Shown: piece after piece, positions 60,557 to 64,000 of the stretch
How the letters are laid out: every line of letters begins with the position of its first letter
Numbering within the stretch: the stretch's first letter is position 1
From: an uncultured Planctomycetota bacterium
Lineage (GTDB): Bacteria; Planctomycetota; Planctomycetia; Isosphaerales; Isosphaeraceae
Direction: 5' to 3'
Assembly (NCBI GenBank): GCA_963823665.1
Contig: CAWGMQ010000004.1
Coordinates: 1,344,001 to 1,408,000 of the forward strand
Length of the DNA stretch: 64,000 nucleotides
Position numbers and translations under genes: made by a program
The notes under the pieces: generated by a model
What the model was told of the DNA's origin: nothing
Databases searched by the model: none
What the model saw: the letters and a program-made list of their open reading frames with translations, nothing else

Positions 60557-60844
60557 TCAGCGCTCCTTTCGGCCGGCGATTTCGAGTTCGTTCCTGATGA
60601 TCGCATGACCGAATACTCGTCGGACCGCTTCCTGGGCGAGTTGTTTCTGGTGGTAGCTGGCGACGCGCCCCTCGAGGATCACAACACTGTCCCGAACGGA
60701 CACTCCGAGTCGTTCAAGGCTGGATAACCGGTTCGCCTCAGTTCCTGTGTCAGACCCTCGGTGAGGCAGGTACACTCGGTCTTCCGTGCCAGGTTTTGCG
60801 CCGGACACGGTTCGGGATCGTCCTTCCGTTCGACGTTCGTACAA
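60557..60844 (-). CDS. Single BON-domain protein
   Basis: VVILEGRVASYHQKQLAQEAV..IRNELEI; start uncertain. Confidence 0.65.
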   Translation of the reverse strand: MYERRTEGRSRTVSGAKPGTEDRVYLPHRGSDTGTEANRLSSLERLGVSVRDSVVILEGRVASYHQKQLAQEAVRRVFGHAIIRNELEIAGRKER

Positions 60845-60999
60845 GGGTTAAACAGCATTCGGGGCAATCCTGTCAGAGAAACGCGTGTTGTTGCGACGGT
60901 CAAGGGCACTGTTAGATCAACTCGGTTTCGGATGCGACTCCTTGCTCGGTGCCTTGACATCCCTCCAACAATTCCATCAGTGACATCGGGTGGGCCGAC

Positions 61000-61371
61000 C
61001 TACTGGCGCAAAGCCTCGTGAATCCACGCGGTGGCCACGTCGGCCTTGCTCTCATCGAAGTACCGGACCTTGGCGGTGGTGAACGGCTTGCAGAAGACCG
61101 CCATCCCCGCTTCCCACCGATTCTCGCCTATCAGAGCCAACCGCTCGATGTCAGCGAAATGGTGGAGGTCGAACTTGACATCCTCCCACGCAGCCCCCAT
61201 TGTCCAGCCGTGGAAGCCGTGCATCCGGACCAACATCCGGACCTTGCCGTGGGCCTTGACCGCCCGCTCTACCTCCGGGATGAAGTTCGCGTAGTCTTCC
61301 CTCGTGAGCTTGCCGCTCAAGTTCAGGATCAGAATCTTCCCGCCCGCTTCCTCCTGCAATTCGACGGACAT
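61000..61371 (-). CDS. STAS/SEC14 (SpoIIAA-like) domain protein
   Basis: SGKLTREDY, GKVRML, FHGWT..AAWED, ERLALIG, VRYFD. Confidence 0.85.
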   Translation of the reverse strand: MSVELQEEAGGKILILNLSGKLTREDYANFIPEVERAVKAHGKVRMLVRMHGFHGWTMGAAWEDVKFDLHHFADIERLALIGENRWEAGMAVFCKPFTTAKVRYFDESKADVATAWIHEALRQ

Positions 61372-61820
61372 GGGATGTCTCGTTGTAATTGTTGACTTGC
61401 AATCCATCATGGCAGCCTTGGCCACTTACTGCGCACCGGTTGGTTTCGGCATGACCATCGAACTCGTCCTCAATTGAAGGACTGTTTGGGATATCCTCAA
61501 GAAACAGAATCTCCGCATTCCCGATGGCCAAAAAAAAACCGACGTGCTCGATCGCCACTGTCGGGCGTTCGAGCGCGTCGGGTTACTCTCTGACTGACCC
61601 CCCGGCGCAGCCAGGTTGTCTTTCAGCAAGTCATCCAGCGATTCCGATGTGTTCAGTATCGCGCCTCAGAGCGACGAACGCAAGAGTTTTTCTCGTCGAG
61701 TCTGGCATTATCCATCTCAGGCAGCCCGCGAGACGATAACGCGGTGCTCCGTCGCGACCTCCCGCTGAACGACCTTGCAGATTTTTCGACAGGGAAAAGG
61801 ACCACGCGCTTGCGGACGTC

Positions 61821-62050
61821 ATGAATACGCAGGGGGAAATTGAAGCCGTCATTTGTGAAGGGACGCGGCTCTTCGAGCGGGAATATATCGGCCGTGGCCT
61901 CAAAGACACCCGCGCCCACCTTATCGCGGATTGTATCGTGGTTCGCCTTCAGGTAGTTCTGACCGCGGCCGAACAGCATCTGGTCAAGACATATCCGGCC
62001 GAGAAGGGGAGGGACCTGCTCAAGCAGGTGCGGACCCATCCGATCGAAAC
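61821..62050 (+). pseudogene. DUF2294 (MpsC-like) protein, truncated
   Basis: TQGEIEAVI..FEREYIGRG..VLTAAEQHL..GRDLLKQVR, then similarity is lost. Confidence 0.7.
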
Positions 62051-62184
62051 GGTTCCGGGTTCCCGGACACGCTACCTAATTCCATTCAACGTCAACGAAA
62101 CGGCCAATGCCACCCCAATGCGACGCCGGGCGTGTTACCAAATCCGTTTAGCAAGTACCGCCCCACTATTCGTCGTAAGTTCAA

Positions 62185-62260
62185 TTCCGGCGGCGGGATT
62201 CGAACCCACACCCTGGTTCCCCAGGAGAAGATTTTAAGTCCTCAGCGTCTGGCATCGCCA
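62185..62260 (-). pseudogene. Degenerate tRNA-Leu(TAA)
   Basis: Anticodon arm GAGGA-CTTAAAA-TCTTC, long variable arm CCTGG-GGAA-CCAGG, T-arm GTGGG-TTCGAAT-CCCGC; 5' acceptor strand and D-arm damaged. Confidence 0.7.
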
Positions 62261-62666
62261 GAAAGGACGGGGCGCCCAGTTGCCCGGAATCGAGCCAGCT
62301 CCCGGTTGCTGGCGCCCTCTCCGTGAATCAATTCCCACCACCCGTCCCCACAATTGGATCTTGAATACTTGAAGAACGAGCGACCGTCTGGTGAAACGCC
62401 GGCCGTCGACGGATAAAGTGCCACGTCTCCGTCGATCTGATCAGTGTCTGGATCGGGGATTGGCTTCCAGCGCCGGACTAACCCGTCCAAACCCGCGGAG
62501 TACAAATGGACGCGGACTCCAGTAAACGCCGCGACGAACCCGGAGCAGGACACTCGGGCCTGAGGGTGATCCCTCGCCCCGCTTGGCGCTAGGGCGCTTT
62601 GGCCATTCGCAGGCGCTCCGCTCGCCGATCGGAAAGCCACAAACCATCGTCGCCATTAGATTTAGA

Positions 62667-62739
62667 TGGGCGATACAGGACTCGAACCTGTGACCCCCTG
62701 CGTGTAAAGCAGGTGCTCTAACCGCTGAGCTAATCGCCC
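62667..62739 (-). tRNA. tRNA-Val(TAC)
   Basis: GGGCGATTAGCTCAGCGGTTAGAGCACCTGCTTTACACGCAGGGGGTCACAGGTTCGAGTCCTGTATCGCCCA; full cloverleaf, CCA not encoded. Confidence 0.97.
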
Positions 62740-62824
62740 TGGAGAGTGATGCGAATTTGCTGACTTCCCAGGCCGGTGATCGTCCTTCCGGAAACCCAAC
62801 TATAACCCAAAACGAATTTCGACG

Positions 62825-63846
62825 TCACTGCTGGGCGGGCGCCTCGTTCAGCGAGCGCCCGGGCTCGCCCGGAGAGTGAGCTTGCGTCGCTGAAGTTGAT
62901 GAGCCCGCAGTCGCCGGGGGAGCAAGTTGCTTCCCATCGTCGCCCGGTGACACACGGCGAACGGAAACCACCTTCCATCCCGAATCGATCGCTTCGAGTC
63001 TGAACCGGATGAGCGTGAGGCTCAGACGCGTCGGCGGATCGCCGGAGGACGCCAGGCGGTCGGTGGCCGTGGCGTTCACCTCGGCGTGTTCGAGTATGAA
63101 CGGGCCGTCAGCCTTCAATGTATGAAAAGATCGCTTCAGCAGTGCCGCCCAGTCGTTCGGGGCCACGCTTACCTCCATAGCCAGCGACTTCGCATCGTCC
63201 GGCAGCGGAGGTTTCGCCTCCAGAATGAGCATTCTGTATGTGGGGAGGAGTTTCTTGTTCGAAAGGGCGCCTGCCGCGAGCTGCGTGAACACCTTGCCGA
63301 GTTGCTCGGCGCTATCAAAGAGATCGTTCGGGTCGCCACTCTGCATTTTTTTGTAAAGCCCGGATTTCTCGGCTTCGTCCTTGGCCTCGTGCAGCAGCAT
63401 CAAGCAAGTTGGCCGCTGCGCCCAGCTCGTTTTTCGTCTTGAACCGGCCTGCGATGCCGTCGTAGTCAAAGTCGCGCTCGATGCGCGCATGCAACTTACC
63501 CAGGGGTGCGAACGAGCCTTTGAGCAGTCGCTCGCCGGCGGGATTCCGGGTGACTGTTCCAACCGAGCGGATTGCGGGCGGCTCTTCAACAGTGCCGAGC
63601 CTCTTGATCGTGTCAGAATCCTGCGTCGACATGGCCTTCAAGTAGTCGGCAGCGACAGTTTCGACCGGGTCGAGCGACCGCGGCTTGACGCGAGGCCAGG
63701 CGACCATCACTCCCACGGCTGCGACCGCCGCAACCCCTACGACCGCAAAAACAAAAAATGGCCACACTGGCGCGCGTTTCCCTGGCGCGACCGGAAGGGA
63801 CAAAAGTCGACGAGGTTTCGCGAGGCTCAGGTATCGGTCTGCTCAT
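62825..63846 (-). CDS. Hypothetical membrane-anchored protein (frameshifted)
   Basis: Three consecutive frames give a coherent protein with a TM segment VWPFFVFAVVGVAAVAAVGVMVAW. Confidence 0.55.
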
Positions 63847-64000
63847 GTCAGGGTCGCTCCCGAGAAGTCGTTCGATCGCGTACGGGCTCCCTGGCTTCGA
63901 GCGCCTTGGCAACGCGCGCCAAGGTCGGGATCAAATGTTGCTCGATCAACTCATTCGTGCGCCAGGCGGATTCGGCCCCGTCGGCAAGGACATTCACGAT

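Noticed and set aside
62242..62640. Integrase expected next to tRNA-Val
   Set aside because: No tyrosine or serine recombinase motifs; at most a WD40-like scrap (LYSAGLDGLVRRW)

Overview
GC-rich window, most likely from a planctomycete (Isosphaeraceae-like, inferred from the LEERRLLS extracellular signal, the ECF sigma factor-Ser/Thr kinase pair and the REP-like motifs). The left half (1-34 kb) is a mosaic accessory region. It holds an IS91-type Y2 transposase plus tyrosine recombinase element with 15-bp terminal inverted repeats, an SBD-HNH restriction nuclease, a Tat-exported oxalate decarboxylase and a compact RiPP locus. The RiPP locus is a cobalamin-dependent radical SAM C-methyltransferase preceded by two tandemly duplicated double-glycine-leader precursors with unrelated cores. 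It is followed by cysD-cysNC, a 1838-aa secreted beta-helix protein, an ECF/kinase-WD40 pair, an S9 peptidase and a kinase-NTPase-FGE protein. The right half (34.1-62.7 kb) lies between an intact tRNA-Val(TAC) and a displaced, diverged 3' half of tRNA-Val, with tRNA-Leu(TAA) relics just inside both ends. It looks like an integrase-less genomic island carrying a co-oriented fermentation/H2 cluster: gap, ppsA, pgk, nifJ, a DHODH-like gene, hoxEFUYH, truncated hoxW, pfkA, an RND pump, eno and MaoC-pta. Many genes are frameshifted (sequencing error versus decay cannot be separated here) and many junctions hold short gene scraps. The best candidate for a new system is the RiPP locus at 7962-11388.
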